64,000 nt of DNA from Minisyncoccota bacterium (GTDB lineage Bacteria > Patescibacteriota > Minisyncoccia > Phycocordibacterales > UBA9973): assembly GCA_041675045.1 (NCBI GenBank), contig JBAYUP010000001.1, positions 24,094 to 88,093 of the forward strand, in the 5' to 3' direction. Both the position numbers and the translations under genes were made by a program. The notes beneath the pieces are model-generated. The model saw nothing but the letters and a program-made list of their open reading frames with translations. It did no database searches and was not told the origin of the DNA. Shown piece after piece: positions 7,967 to 16,748 of this stretch. Position 1 is the first letter of the stretch. Each line of letters opens with the position of its first letter.

Positions 7967-8905
7967 TTACTTTTCACGACCGTGAAATTTCTTATGTACA
8001 TCTCGTAACTGACTGTCGGTTACGTGCGTATATATTTGCGTTGTTGTGATATTCGCATGTCCGAGCATCATCTGTACCGAACGAATATCAGCACCATTTG
8101 AAAGCAAATCAGTGGCAAACGAGTGGCGAATAACGTGAGGTGTAACCTTTTTTGAAATACCAGCTTTTGTCGCATAATATTTAACGATTCGTTCAATCGA
8201 GCGGGGAGTGAGACGACCTGTCCCACCTGCACCATTACGTGAATACTGAATAAAGAGTGGCTCTGCTAAATCTTTGCGCGCTTTTAAATATGTACGAATA
8301 GCATCTTTTGCTGAAGGCGAGAGAAATACCACACGCACTTTTTCTCCTTTACCACGAATAGAAAACTCATCTTTTGATAAATCAAGATCACGATTAAGTG
8401 AGCATAATTCCGACAAACGAAGGCCTGTCGAGAAAAATAATTCGAGTATCGCCTTGTCACGAAGTGTTTTGAGTCCCTGTTCTGGCTTCACGTCATTTGT
8501 ATTAGGAGCAGAGAGAAGTCGACCAAGCTCATCACTTGAAATTAAATCAAGCGAACGCTCTTTGACTTTGGCTAAATCGATACGATCAGCGGGGAGGGAC
8601 TTGATCTCTCTCTTCATAAGATATTTGAGGAATGAACGAAGTGCAATGAGATGGTAGTTTTGGGTATTTTTCTTGAGCGTGGCTGATTGTTGTCCGCGAA
8701 CTTTCACTCCCGGTTGGCGATTCAAATGCAAACGAAATTCTCGAATCACATCATCGGTAATTTCCTTTGGGTCAATTACTTTGGAAAAGCTGAAAAAACG
8801 CGAAAGATAATAATCGTAATTAACTACGGTTTTTAAACTATTACCTTTCTCGATTTCTACATGCTCAAGAAATTCTCGTTTTAATTGTTCTATTTTTGAT
8901 GCCAT
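7967..8905 (-). CDS. xerC: tyrosine recombinase, XerC/XerD family
   Basis: TGLRLSEL, GKGEKVR, HVIRHSFAT, LGHANITTTQIY (R-K-H-R-H-Y); XerC versus XerD cannot be resolved. Confidence 0.88.
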   Translation of the reverse strand: MASKIEQLKREFLEHVEIEKGNSLKTVVNYDYYLSRFFSFSKVIDPKEITDDVIREFRLHLNRQPGVKVRGQQSATLKKNTQNYHLIALRSFLKYLMKREIKSLPADRIDLAKVKERSLDLISSDELGRLLSAPNTNDVKPEQGLKTLRDKAILELFFSTGLRLSELCSLNRDLDLSKDEFSIRGKGEKVRVVFLSPSAKDAIRTYLKARKDLAEPLFIQYSRNGAGGTGRLTPRSIERIVKYYATKAGISKKVTPHVIRHSFATDLLSNGADIRSVQMMLGHANITTTQIYTHVTDSQLRDVHKKFHGREK

Positions 8906-8992
8906 AGATTCTTGTGTCGCACAATAATTATACCATTATTGTATACCCATTTACATAAGCGTATACTTGTAGATGAAAGGAGACTGCTCATT

Positions 8993-9382
8993 ATGAAATT
9001 CATGTTTTTGTTACTGTCATTTTTTTACACACAGGCTGTGTCTGCCCAGAAAACGTATCTTATTCCTCGGAGTTATACCAATTTTCATGAATACAAAATA
9101 AATCAATCACTCTATCGTGTTATGCAAACACAGTGCGGTGATAAATTGTTTTATTTTGATTCTGAAAATTCATGCTGGGAACATATTACTCTTACGGTAT
9201 GTGATACCTCTGGGTGCACAGAGGAACCAATACGCATTGGGGACTTAGATGTAGAAGGGAAGATACTGACGATCCACTACCACTATAATTGGATAGGGTT
9301 CGTACAATATATTTACCTCAATCCGCAAGGTACCCCTGACTGGCGAATGACAGCAAACCAAGAAGATTGGCAAAGATATTAA
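8993..9382 (+). CDS. orphan secreted protein
   Basis: Signal peptide MKFMFLLLSFFYTQAVSA|Q; TTGTAT-17-TATACT promoter; AAGGAG upstream. Confidence 0.65.
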   Translation: MKFMFLLLSFFYTQAVSAQKTYLIPRSYTNFHEYKINQSLYRVMQTQCGDKLFYFDSENSCWEHITLTVCDTSGCTEEPIRIGDLDVEGKILTIHYHYNWIGFVQYIYLNPQGTPDWRMTANQEDWQRY

Positions 9383-9475
9383 TACAATCCGTATCTTTGC
9401 CAATTTTGCTTCACTTTCACGCCATAGGATAGGGGGCTTGCATTTTTTAGCAATATGTGCTAGTATATATAGGCA

Positions 9476-9739
9476 ATGTTAACAACAAAGAAAAAGAACA
9501 ATATTATAAAAAAGCACCAGTTGCACGATAAAGACACAGGAAGTCCTGATGTTCAGATTGCTATTTTGAGCAAACGAATCGATGAACTTGCAACTCACTT
9601 GAAGACACACAAGAAAGATAATCACTCTCGTCGCGGTCTCATCAAAATGGTTGCCGATCGCCGAGGCCATCTCAAGCATCTCGAAAAGACAGACACGAAG
9701 CGTCACGCAGTAGCAACAAAAAATATTAAAGATAAGTAA
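9476..9739 (+). CDS. rpsO: 30S ribosomal protein S15
   Basis: DTGSPDVQIAIL, HKKDNHSRRGL. Confidence 0.97.
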   Translation: MLTTKKKNNIIKKHQLHDKDTGSPDVQIAILSKRIDELATHLKTHKKDNHSRRGLIKMVADRRGHLKHLEKTDTKRHAVATKNIKDK

Positions 9740-9782
9740 TCAAAACGTTCTGACCTTATTCTGGTCAGAACGTTTTGATTTA
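9738..9782 (+). terminator. rpsO terminator
   Basis: 18-bp stem AATCAAAACGTTCTGACC/GGTCAGAACGTTTTGATT. Confidence 0.75.
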
Positions 9783-9900
9783 TACTTCTCGATCTTTGCC
9801 CTATTGGAATACTATAAGATACAGTATACTTGCAAAGGAAAGACATTTTATAAAATAGTTCCGCCACTTTTTTATTTGAGCGGATAGACACAATAATAAT

Positions 9901-10404
9901 ATGATTATAAAACATAAAGAACAACGCGTGGGGGTTTTTATCGATACATCGAATCTCTACCACAGTGCGAAAAATTTATACAAAAGAAAAGTAAACTTCG
10001 GACAAGTTTTAAAAGATGCTGTCGCTGGACGCAAACTCGTCCGTGCAATCGCCTACGTGATTACATCAGAGGGTGGGGAAGAGAAGAATTTTTTTGATGC
10101 CCTTACGAAACTCGGCATCGAAACAAAAACAAAAGAATTACAAATATTCTCTGGTGGAGCAAAGAAGGGGGACTGGGATGTCGGCATTGCGGTTGATGCT
10201 ATGAAGATGGCTCCAAAACTCGATGCAATTATTCTTGTCGCAGGAGATGGTGATTTTATCCCACTCGTAGAATACCTACAAAACACATCAGGCATCCAAG
10301 TCGAAGTTGTTTCATTCGGTAAATCATCATCAATGAAATTAAAAGAAGCCGCCGATGATTTCCTCGACCTCTCAGCAAGTCCACAGAAATATTTAATGAG
10401 ATAA
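9901..10404 (+). CDS. NYN domain (LabA/DUF88) PIN-like nuclease
   Basis: VFIDTSNL, KGDWDVGIAVD, AGDGDF. Confidence 0.9.
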   Translation: MIIKHKEQRVGVFIDTSNLYHSAKNLYKRKVNFGQVLKDAVAGRKLVRAIAYVITSEGGEEKNFFDALTKLGIETKTKELQIFSGGAKKGDWDVGIAVDAMKMAPKLDAIILVAGDGDFIPLVEYLQNTSGIQVEVVSFGKSSSMKLKEAADDFLDLSASPQKYLMR

Positions 10405-10473
10405 ACATCCAACTAAACCGCACCCATTTACAAATGGGTGCGGTTTGCTATGCTCTAGATATTACACGTAATC

Positions 10474-10538
10474 GGGTTATTCTCTGGACGGTTAGCGTTG
10501 AAACAAAAGTTTCAAAACTAGGGTCTGGAGATTAGCTC
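10474..10538 (+). promoter_or_regulatory. long hairpin in pnp 5' leader
   Basis: GGGTTATTCTCTGGAC pairs with GTCTGGAGATTAGCTC (G-U on sense strand); inner stem TTGAAAC/GTTTCAA. Confidence 0.55.
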
Positions 10539-10548
10539 ACATGGAAGT

Positions 10549-12675
10549 ATGCACAAGAAAGAATACGAAGTAGAAATCGGTGGTAAGAAAATTACCGCGC
10601 TTTTCAGTGATTTAGCAGACCAAGCAAATGGGTCGGTTATTTTGAAGTCAGAGGGAACCGTAGTTATGGCAACCGCAGTAATCTCAAAAGACGGGAAATC
10701 AAATCCAGGATTTTTTAATCTCACAGTAGAATATTTAGAAAAATTTTACGCTGCGGGTAAAATTCTCGGTAGTCAATTTAATCGTCGCGAGGGCAGGCCA
10801 TCTGACCAAGCAATTCTCGCTGCCCGAATGATTGACCGCACGATTCGTCCACTCTTTGACCATCACATCAAAAACGCCGTGCAGGTAATCGTCACCGTCA
10901 TCGCAATCGGCGATGCTGACCCAAAAACACTCGGCATCAATGCTACCTCACTCGCACTCCACGTGTCAGACATTCCATGGAACGGACCAATTGGTGCGGT
11001 TCATGTTAGTACAACGAAAGAAGACTCGGTTGTCACGATCAATCGCTATGTGCCAAGTGATGACGAACCAGTCTACACACTCGATCTTCTTGTGTGCGGA
11101 AAAGAACACACAATCAATATGATTGAGGCGATGGCCTTTGAGTACGGGAATGAAGTAATGGGGGAATGTTTCGAGAAGGCAGTCGTTGAAATTACAAAGT
11201 GGGAAACATTTGAAAAAATGATCGCAGGAGAAATCGGAAAAGCAAAACTTTCATTCCCTCGCCCAACTGCACCAGAAGAAATCAAAAGTCTCTTCGCAGA
11301 AAAAATCGCACCACTTCTCGATGCAAAATTAATCTCACCTGAAAGTAAGAAAGCAACTAGGGATGCAGAAACACTGTGGAATGCAATCCTTGAAGAAAAA
11401 TATGGTGACGATAAAGAAGCACTCTATGTCGGACAAGACCACATGCACCACTACCTCGACCATTCATTCCACAAAGCTGCTCTTGAAAAAGAAATGCGCG
11501 CTGATGGACGAGCCCTCGATGAAGTTCGGATGTTATACGCACAAGCTGGAGATATCTCTGATGTGTTACACGGTTCTGGAATCTTCTATCGAGGAGAAAC
11601 TCACGTGCTCTCTGTGCTCGCACTTGCAGGACCTGATGCGATGCACACCATTGATGGAATTGAATTCGCAGCAAAGAAACGATTCATGCATCACTACAAT
11701 TTCCCTCCATACTCAAGTGGTGAAACAGGTCGTGTCGGTGGAATCAATCGTCGCGAAATGGGGCATGGCTTTCTCGTTGAGAAAGCACTCACACCAGTTA
11801 TTCCAGAGAAATCATTGTTCCCATACACAATCCGTGTTGTGTCTGAATCAGTTGCATCGAACGGCTCGACATCTCAGGCATCTATCTGTGCCTCAACTAT
11901 CGCACTCATGGATGGTGGTGTGCCGATTACAAATCCTGTAGCTGGTATCTCTATCGGTGCAATGATTGATAGTGAAAATAAAAATAACTACAAACTCCTC
12001 ACTGACATTCAAGGACCAGAAGATCATTTTGGTGATATGGATTTCAAAATCGCTGGAACAAAAAACGGAATCACTGCTATTCAACTCGATGTAAAAGTTG
12101 ATGGTATCCCAACACAGATACTAAAGGAGGCTCTCGTCCGCGCTGAAAAAGCACGAATGAAAATCCTTGAAACAATCACAAAAGAAATAGCTGTTCCACG
12201 AGCTGACATATCGCCACGTGCTCCAAAGATTCTTGTAACTAAAATTAAGAAGGATCAAATCGGTATGGTCATCGGCCCTGGTGGTAAAAATATCAATGCT
12301 ATTCGCGAAGCAACGGGAACAGAAATTACTATCGAAGAAGATGGAACAATTTTTGTTACTGGCACAAACGGTGGTGCTGAAAAAGCTGTCTCAATTATCG
12401 AAGAAATGACTCACGAATATTCAATCGGAGACACTGCGACAGGTGAGGTTGTGAAACTGATGGACTTCGGCGCATTCGTACGGATAGGCAACAATACAGA
12501 GGGACTCGTGCATGTGTCAGAGATTGCCCCATTCCGTGTTGAAAAAGTTTCTGATATCCTTAAAGAAGGAGATCGTGTTCCCGTCAAAATAATTAAAGTT
12601 GACGAACGTGGACGACTTAACCTTTCTATCAAAGAAGCTGATCAAAACTTCTTTAAACCAAAAACTGATAAATAA
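10549..12675 (+). CDS. pnp: polyribonucleotide nucleotidyltransferase (PNPase)
   Basis: RREGRP, HYNFPPYS, RREMGHG, SNGSTS, GDMDFK, KH and S1 domains. Confidence 0.97.
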   Translation: MHKKEYEVEIGGKKITALFSDLADQANGSVILKSEGTVVMATAVISKDGKSNPGFFNLTVEYLEKFYAAGKILGSQFNRREGRPSDQAILAARMIDRTIRPLFDHHIKNAVQVIVTVIAIGDADPKTLGINATSLALHVSDIPWNGPIGAVHVSTTKEDSVVTINRYVPSDDEPVYTLDLLVCGKEHTINMIEAMAFEYGNEVMGECFEKAVVEITKWETFEKMIAGEIGKAKLSFPRPTAPEEIKSLFAEKIAPLLDAKLISPESKKATRDAETLWNAILEEKYGDDKEALYVGQDHMHHYLDHSFHKAALEKEMRADGRALDEVRMLYAQAGDISDVLHGSGIFYRGETHVLSVLALAGPDAMHTIDGIEFAAKKRFMHHYNFPPYSSGETGRVGGINRREMGHGFLVEKALTPVIPEKSLFPYTIRVVSESVASNGSTSQASICASTIALMDGGVPITNPVAGISIGAMIDSENKNNYKLLTDIQGPEDHFGDMDFKIAGTKNGITAIQLDVKVDGIPTQILKEALVRAEKARMKILETITKEIAVPRADISPRAPKILVTKIKKDQIGMVIGPGGKNINAIREATGTEITIEEDGTIFVTGTNGGAEKAVSIIEEMTHEYSIGDTATGEVVKLMDFGAFVRIGNNTEGLVHVSEIAPFRVEKVSDILKEGDRVPVKIIKVDERGRLNLSIKEADQNFFKPKTDK

Positions 12676-12682
12676 CAATGTA

Positions 12683-12800
12683 TCCCGTTAGAGACCGCGG
12701 TCACGGTCTTAATACCACGGGTACAAATAAGACATTAACACAATAACTACAATGCGCAGGTATTTCACATGAATGTGATCGCGACCTGCCTCTAACGGGA
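12683..12800 (+). mobile_element. start-codon hairpin element, copy 1
   Basis: aTGTA-TCCCGTTAGA...TCTAACGGGA-TGGA; terminal A is the A of ATG 12800. Confidence 0.8.
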
Positions 12801-13714
12801 TGGACGAAAAAACACCACAACAAAGTACCGAGCATGGCACCCCAGGAATACGAACATACGGAAGTGATATGGCTGATGCGATTCGTACAAATGAAGCGTC
12901 GGTAATTAAAATCGCACTTGCCGAACAAAAGAAAAGAGAGAGGGAAGCACTCACCCAAGTAGCCCAAGGAACAAAAACATCACGAGTGTTTCTCACACTC
13001 GGTGGCCTCATGTTTATTGTAGCTGCGATTCTTGGTGTTTCATTTGTTGTGCAACAAAAAACAAAAAAATCACTCCCCCAGGAAATCATAAGAAATCTTC
13101 CGGCGATTGTTTCATACGATGAAACACTATTTGCAGATGTTACTCCTATCACAGGAAGAGCAACAGTAGCCGATGGTATTAATAAAGAAATCTCGGATCA
13201 AACAAAGATAGGGTCTATACGGTCACTCTTCCTCACAAAACTTGTAAGTGGCACACCGAAAGTAATCACCATACAGGAATTGATTGGATTACTCGAAATG
13301 CGAATTCCTGAATCACTCCTTTCCTCATTGGCGCAAACATACATGATAGGAACATACGCACTTCCTGAAACCGATGAAACAGGCAAGCTCTACGGCAAAC
13401 AACATCTCTTTCTTTTGTTCCAAACAACTAACTACAATCAAACATACGCATCATTACTTGAATGGGAGAAGACAATGCTCGATGATATGTTCCTTCTTTT
13501 CAAAATTGATATTTCTGATAGAAAAATATTCGAAACACAATTTAAGGACACACTCATAGCAAACAAAGATGCTCGTGTTCTTGAAAAACCAAACGGTACT
13601 CCGGTCCTCTACTACATGTTCCTTGATAAAGAGACGTTTATCATAACCGATACAAAGGAAGCATTAAGAGAAATAGGATTACGATTAATCACTAAAAATA
13701 CGAAACCTCTCTAA
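12800..13714 (+). CDS. single-TM hypothetical protein
   Basis: 304 aa; IRTYGSDMADA N-terminal motif, one TM helix. Confidence 0.8.
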   Translation: MDEKTPQQSTEHGTPGIRTYGSDMADAIRTNEASVIKIALAEQKKREREALTQVAQGTKTSRVFLTLGGLMFIVAAILGVSFVVQQKTKKSLPQEIIRNLPAIVSYDETLFADVTPITGRATVADGINKEISDQTKIGSIRSLFLTKLVSGTPKVITIQELIGLLEMRIPESLLSSLAQTYMIGTYALPETDETGKLYGKQHLFLLFQTTNYNQTYASLLEWEKTMLDDMFLLFKIDISDRKIFETQFKDTLIANKDARVLEKPNGTPVLYYMFLDKETFIITDTKEALREIGLRLITKNTKPL

Positions 13715-13748
13715 TTGCAAAAGAGGTCGTGAATGATACAATACAGCT

Positions 13749-14099
13749 ATGAATACAGATACATACAAAAACAAATTACAAGAAGAGAAGAATTTACTTG
13801 AATCAGAGCTAACTCGCCTTGGACATTTCGACAAGAAATCTGAAGACTGGGAAGCGACCCCAAGTGAACAAATATTCCCAGAAGCAGATGAAAATGATCG
13901 TTCAGACCGCGCTGAAGATTTTGAAGAACGGACAGCGGTATTGAATACACTTGAAATACGATTAAACGACGTCAAAACTGCCCTCGGAAAAATTGACGCG
14001 GGAACATACGGAACATGTGAGAAATGTGGAAATCAGATTGAAGCCGACCGTCTCGAAGCAAATGGAGCGGCACGCACATGCAAAGCATGTATGGAATAA
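13749..14099 (+). CDS. DksA/TraR family C4 zinc-finger protein
   Basis: GTYGTCEKCG..I...RLEA...ARTCKAC; acidic coiled-coil tip. Confidence 0.9.
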   Translation: MNTDTYKNKLQEEKNLLESELTRLGHFDKKSEDWEATPSEQIFPEADENDRSDRAEDFEERTAVLNTLEIRLNDVKTALGKIDAGTYGTCEKCGNQIEADRLEANGAARTCKACME

Positions 14100-14160
14100 A
14101 AGAGAGCGCTAATAAAAAATCTCCCTATGGGAGATTTTTTATTTTTGATATACTTTCCGT

Positions 14161-15729
14161 ATGTCATTCGCACGAATATATTCGGCGCAAACACATCTCT
14201 TAAAAGGGAAGATTGTTACTGTTGAAGTCGACATCACTCCAAACACACTTCACGCATTCACACTTGTCGGATTACCCGACAAGGCTGTCGATGAATCGAA
14301 AGATCGCATGAGTTCAGCTCTCAAGAATTCCGGCTTTCCATCTCCTAAAAATCAAAATCAAAAAATTGTTATCTCCCTCTCACCGGCGGATTTAAAAAAG
14401 GAAGGTCCGTATTTTGATTTAGCAATTGCACTTGCATATTTACTCTCATCAGGTGACATCGAATTTGATCCCGAAGGAAAAGTTTTTCTTGGTGAACTTT
14501 CTCTCAATGGTGAACTCCGTCCAATTAAAGGTGCACTTCCACTTGTCCAAGAAGCGAAGCGTGCCGGATTCAAAGAAATATTTTTACCATACGAAAACAA
14601 AGACGAAGCAGGCCTCATTGAGGGCATCACAATTTACGGAGCAAGAACACTCACCGAAGTTGTGAATCATATTTGTCTTCCAAAGAAAAATAAAAAAGGT
14701 GAAGTCATCGAACCAGAGAAACCGAAACTTACACCAACACCTCGCACGCACATTGCGCGCGGAGAAAAAATTCATGCGATTGATTTTTCAGATATTCGCG
14801 GACAAGAGGGTGCCAAACGTGGACTCTTGATTGCTGCTTCCGGAGGACACAATATCGCAATGTCAGGACCACCTGGCACTGGCAAGACGATGCTTGCTCG
14901 AGTATTCTCACACATTCTTCCTCCACTCTCTGATGAAGATATTTTAGAAGTTACTGGTATTCATTCTGTAGTTGGATTACTCGATGAGGGACTTGTCACT
15001 GAACCACCATTTCGTGCACCGCATCACACTGCAAGTTATGTATCACTCATCGGCGGAGGAGCAAACATCAAGCCGGGAGAAGTCACCCTCGCACACAAAG
15101 GAGTTCTCTTCCTCGATGAATTCCCAGAATTTGAAAAGCGTGTCCTTGAATCACTGCGCCAACCACTTGAAGATAATATAGTTTCTGTTTCGCGCGCGAA
15201 AGGTTCTGCAATTTTCCCTTCGAATTTTATTCTCGTTGCTGCCATGAATCCGTGTCCCTGCGGTAACAAGGGAAATAAGATGAAAGAATGCATTTGCAAA
15301 CCAATTGATTTAGATAGATATGCTCGTAAACTCTCTGGTCCGATTATGGATCGTATTGATATTTGGGTTACTGTCGGCGCAGTTGATTATGAAAAACTTT
15401 CTGAAGATAAACAAGAGGGTGAGAAGACAGAAATGCTAAAAGAAAAAGTGAAAAGTGCTCGGGTAATTCAAACAAAACGCTTCAAACAAGCCACACGAAA
15501 AATCACAAGCAATAGTGAAATGAATGTAAAAGAGTTAAACACGTTTGCTCCACTAACGCCCGAATTAAAACAGCTACTCAATCAAAGCGCTGAACGATTA
15601 CAACTATCGGCACGTGCATACCATCGAACAATTAAACTCGCTCGTACTATCGCTGACCTTGAGGGAAGTGAACACATCACCGCACCTCATATCCTCGAAG
15701 CATTACAATACAGACCTCGAACTAATTAG
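14161..15729 (+). CDS. comM: ComM/YifB Mg-chelatase-like AAA+ ATPase
   Basis: LVGLPD, LSPADLKKEG, GPPGTGKT, PFRAPHH, FLDEFPEF, AMNPCPCG, LSAR. Confidence 0.94.
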   Translation: MSFARIYSAQTHLLKGKIVTVEVDITPNTLHAFTLVGLPDKAVDESKDRMSSALKNSGFPSPKNQNQKIVISLSPADLKKEGPYFDLAIALAYLLSSGDIEFDPEGKVFLGELSLNGELRPIKGALPLVQEAKRAGFKEIFLPYENKDEAGLIEGITIYGARTLTEVVNHICLPKKNKKGEVIEPEKPKLTPTPRTHIARGEKIHAIDFSDIRGQEGAKRGLLIAASGGHNIAMSGPPGTGKTMLARVFSHILPPLSDEDILEVTGIHSVVGLLDEGLVTEPPFRAPHHTASYVSLIGGGANIKPGEVTLAHKGVLFLDEFPEFEKRVLESLRQPLEDNIVSVSRAKGSAIFPSNFILVAAMNPCPCGNKGNKMKECICKPIDLDRYARKLSGPIMDRIDIWVTVGAVDYEKLSEDKQEGEKTEMLKEKVKSARVIQTKRFKQATRKITSNSEMNVKELNTFAPLTPELKQLLNQSAERLQLSARAYHRTIKLARTIADLEGSEHITAPHILEALQYRPRTN

Positions 15730-16514
15730 ATTATCTTTTCTAAACGTTTTGCTTCAGCCCAGGCAAGTTCGTAGATTTTTTTCATTGCATCGGCAATTTC
15801 ACTAGACTCAATGATGATACCTAGTTTCTCACGCCATGAGGCAATCATAACTTTATTATCATAGATATTTATTTCAGGAGAAAAGTAGAATTTATCCGCC
15901 GGAACGAATGCACTTTGCCGAGCTTCATCCTTATCATGGATACTGCGCTCTATTCCTATTTCCGTTTTAGGAATAATTGCTCGAATTTCTATGCCAGCAC
16001 TTGCCCGACGTTTATAGTATTTAGGGAAATAGTTAGGAAGCGCGGCATGCATGTCATCTACTGTCGCATATGCCCGAATAGGTTCATGTGAAGTAAGTGT
16101 ATCTTCATATACTTCTACTAATCCTTCTGTTCCCTCATAGAATCGCACGCGGGGACGACCAGCAAGATTGTGCATGGATTTAAGTTCAGGAATAAGTGAT
16201 TCTGCTTTTTTTAATGCTTCATGTTTATGCCTGATATCTTCAGCAATAAATTTTTCAATATTTTCGGGAGATTCTGCGCTATATTCTTGTTTTGGCTCTT
16301 TCCCTGAAATAGAGACGAGCCCTTTTGCAGAGAGGGAATCAAGGATATCATAGCCAGTTGTACGATTTATATTAGCGCTTCGGGATATCTGAGAAACGGT
16401 TCCTCGACCAATGGAAAGAAGGGCAAGATACACTCCTGCCTCTTTCTCTGAAAGACCTATCTCTATAAGTGCCTGTTCAAGCTTTATATGCTCTTGGTTC
16501 TTGTTATTTTTCAC
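15726..16514 (-). CDS. TrmB family transcriptional regulator
   Basis: GLSEKEAGVYLALL HTH, VRFYEG, EINIYDNKV effector-binding domain. Confidence 0.88.
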   Translation of the reverse strand: MKNNKNQEHIKLEQALIEIGLSEKEAGVYLALLSIGRGTVSQISRSANINRTTGYDILDSLSAKGLVSISGKEPKQEYSAESPENIEKFIAEDIRHKHEALKKAESLIPELKSMHNLAGRPRVRFYEGTEGLVEVYEDTLTSHEPIRAYATVDDMHAALPNYFPKYYKRRASAGIEIRAIIPKTEIGIERSIHDKDEARQSAFVPADKFYFSPEINIYDNKVMIASWREKLGIIIESSEIADAMKKIYELAWAEAKRLEKII

Positions 16515-16629
16515 CTAATAAGTATATATTATGGTCGGTATTTGTGTCAATTACTTTCCACAATTATTATTAGTAGTATTTACATACTATATTTTAATAG
16601 TAATTTTTATATATTTATGACGATATTTA

Positions 16630-16657
16630 TTGACAAAGTTATAAGATTTACTATAAT
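16630..16657 (+). promoter_or_regulatory. sigma70 promoter for the Cys-rich gene
   Basis: TTGACA-16-TATAAT. Confidence 0.65.
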
Positions 16658-16748
16658 GAATCTCACGGGATAAATATAGGTTATTAATTTATGACTATTC
16701 TTATATCAAGAGCACCACTTCTTTTTTAGCACTATTAAATAACAAATT

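Noticed and set aside
7967-8905. Tyrosine recombinase as a prophage, ICE or integron integrase
   Set aside because: It has XerC/D-like length and motifs, with no phage genes, no obvious IntI-specific insertion and no attC array nearby. A role in moving the neighbouring hairpins is untested.
11357-11941. Long alternative-frame and antisense ORFs within pnp (and similar ones in other long genes)
   Set aside because: They are shadow ORFs of well-supported genes with no independent start signals or motifs.
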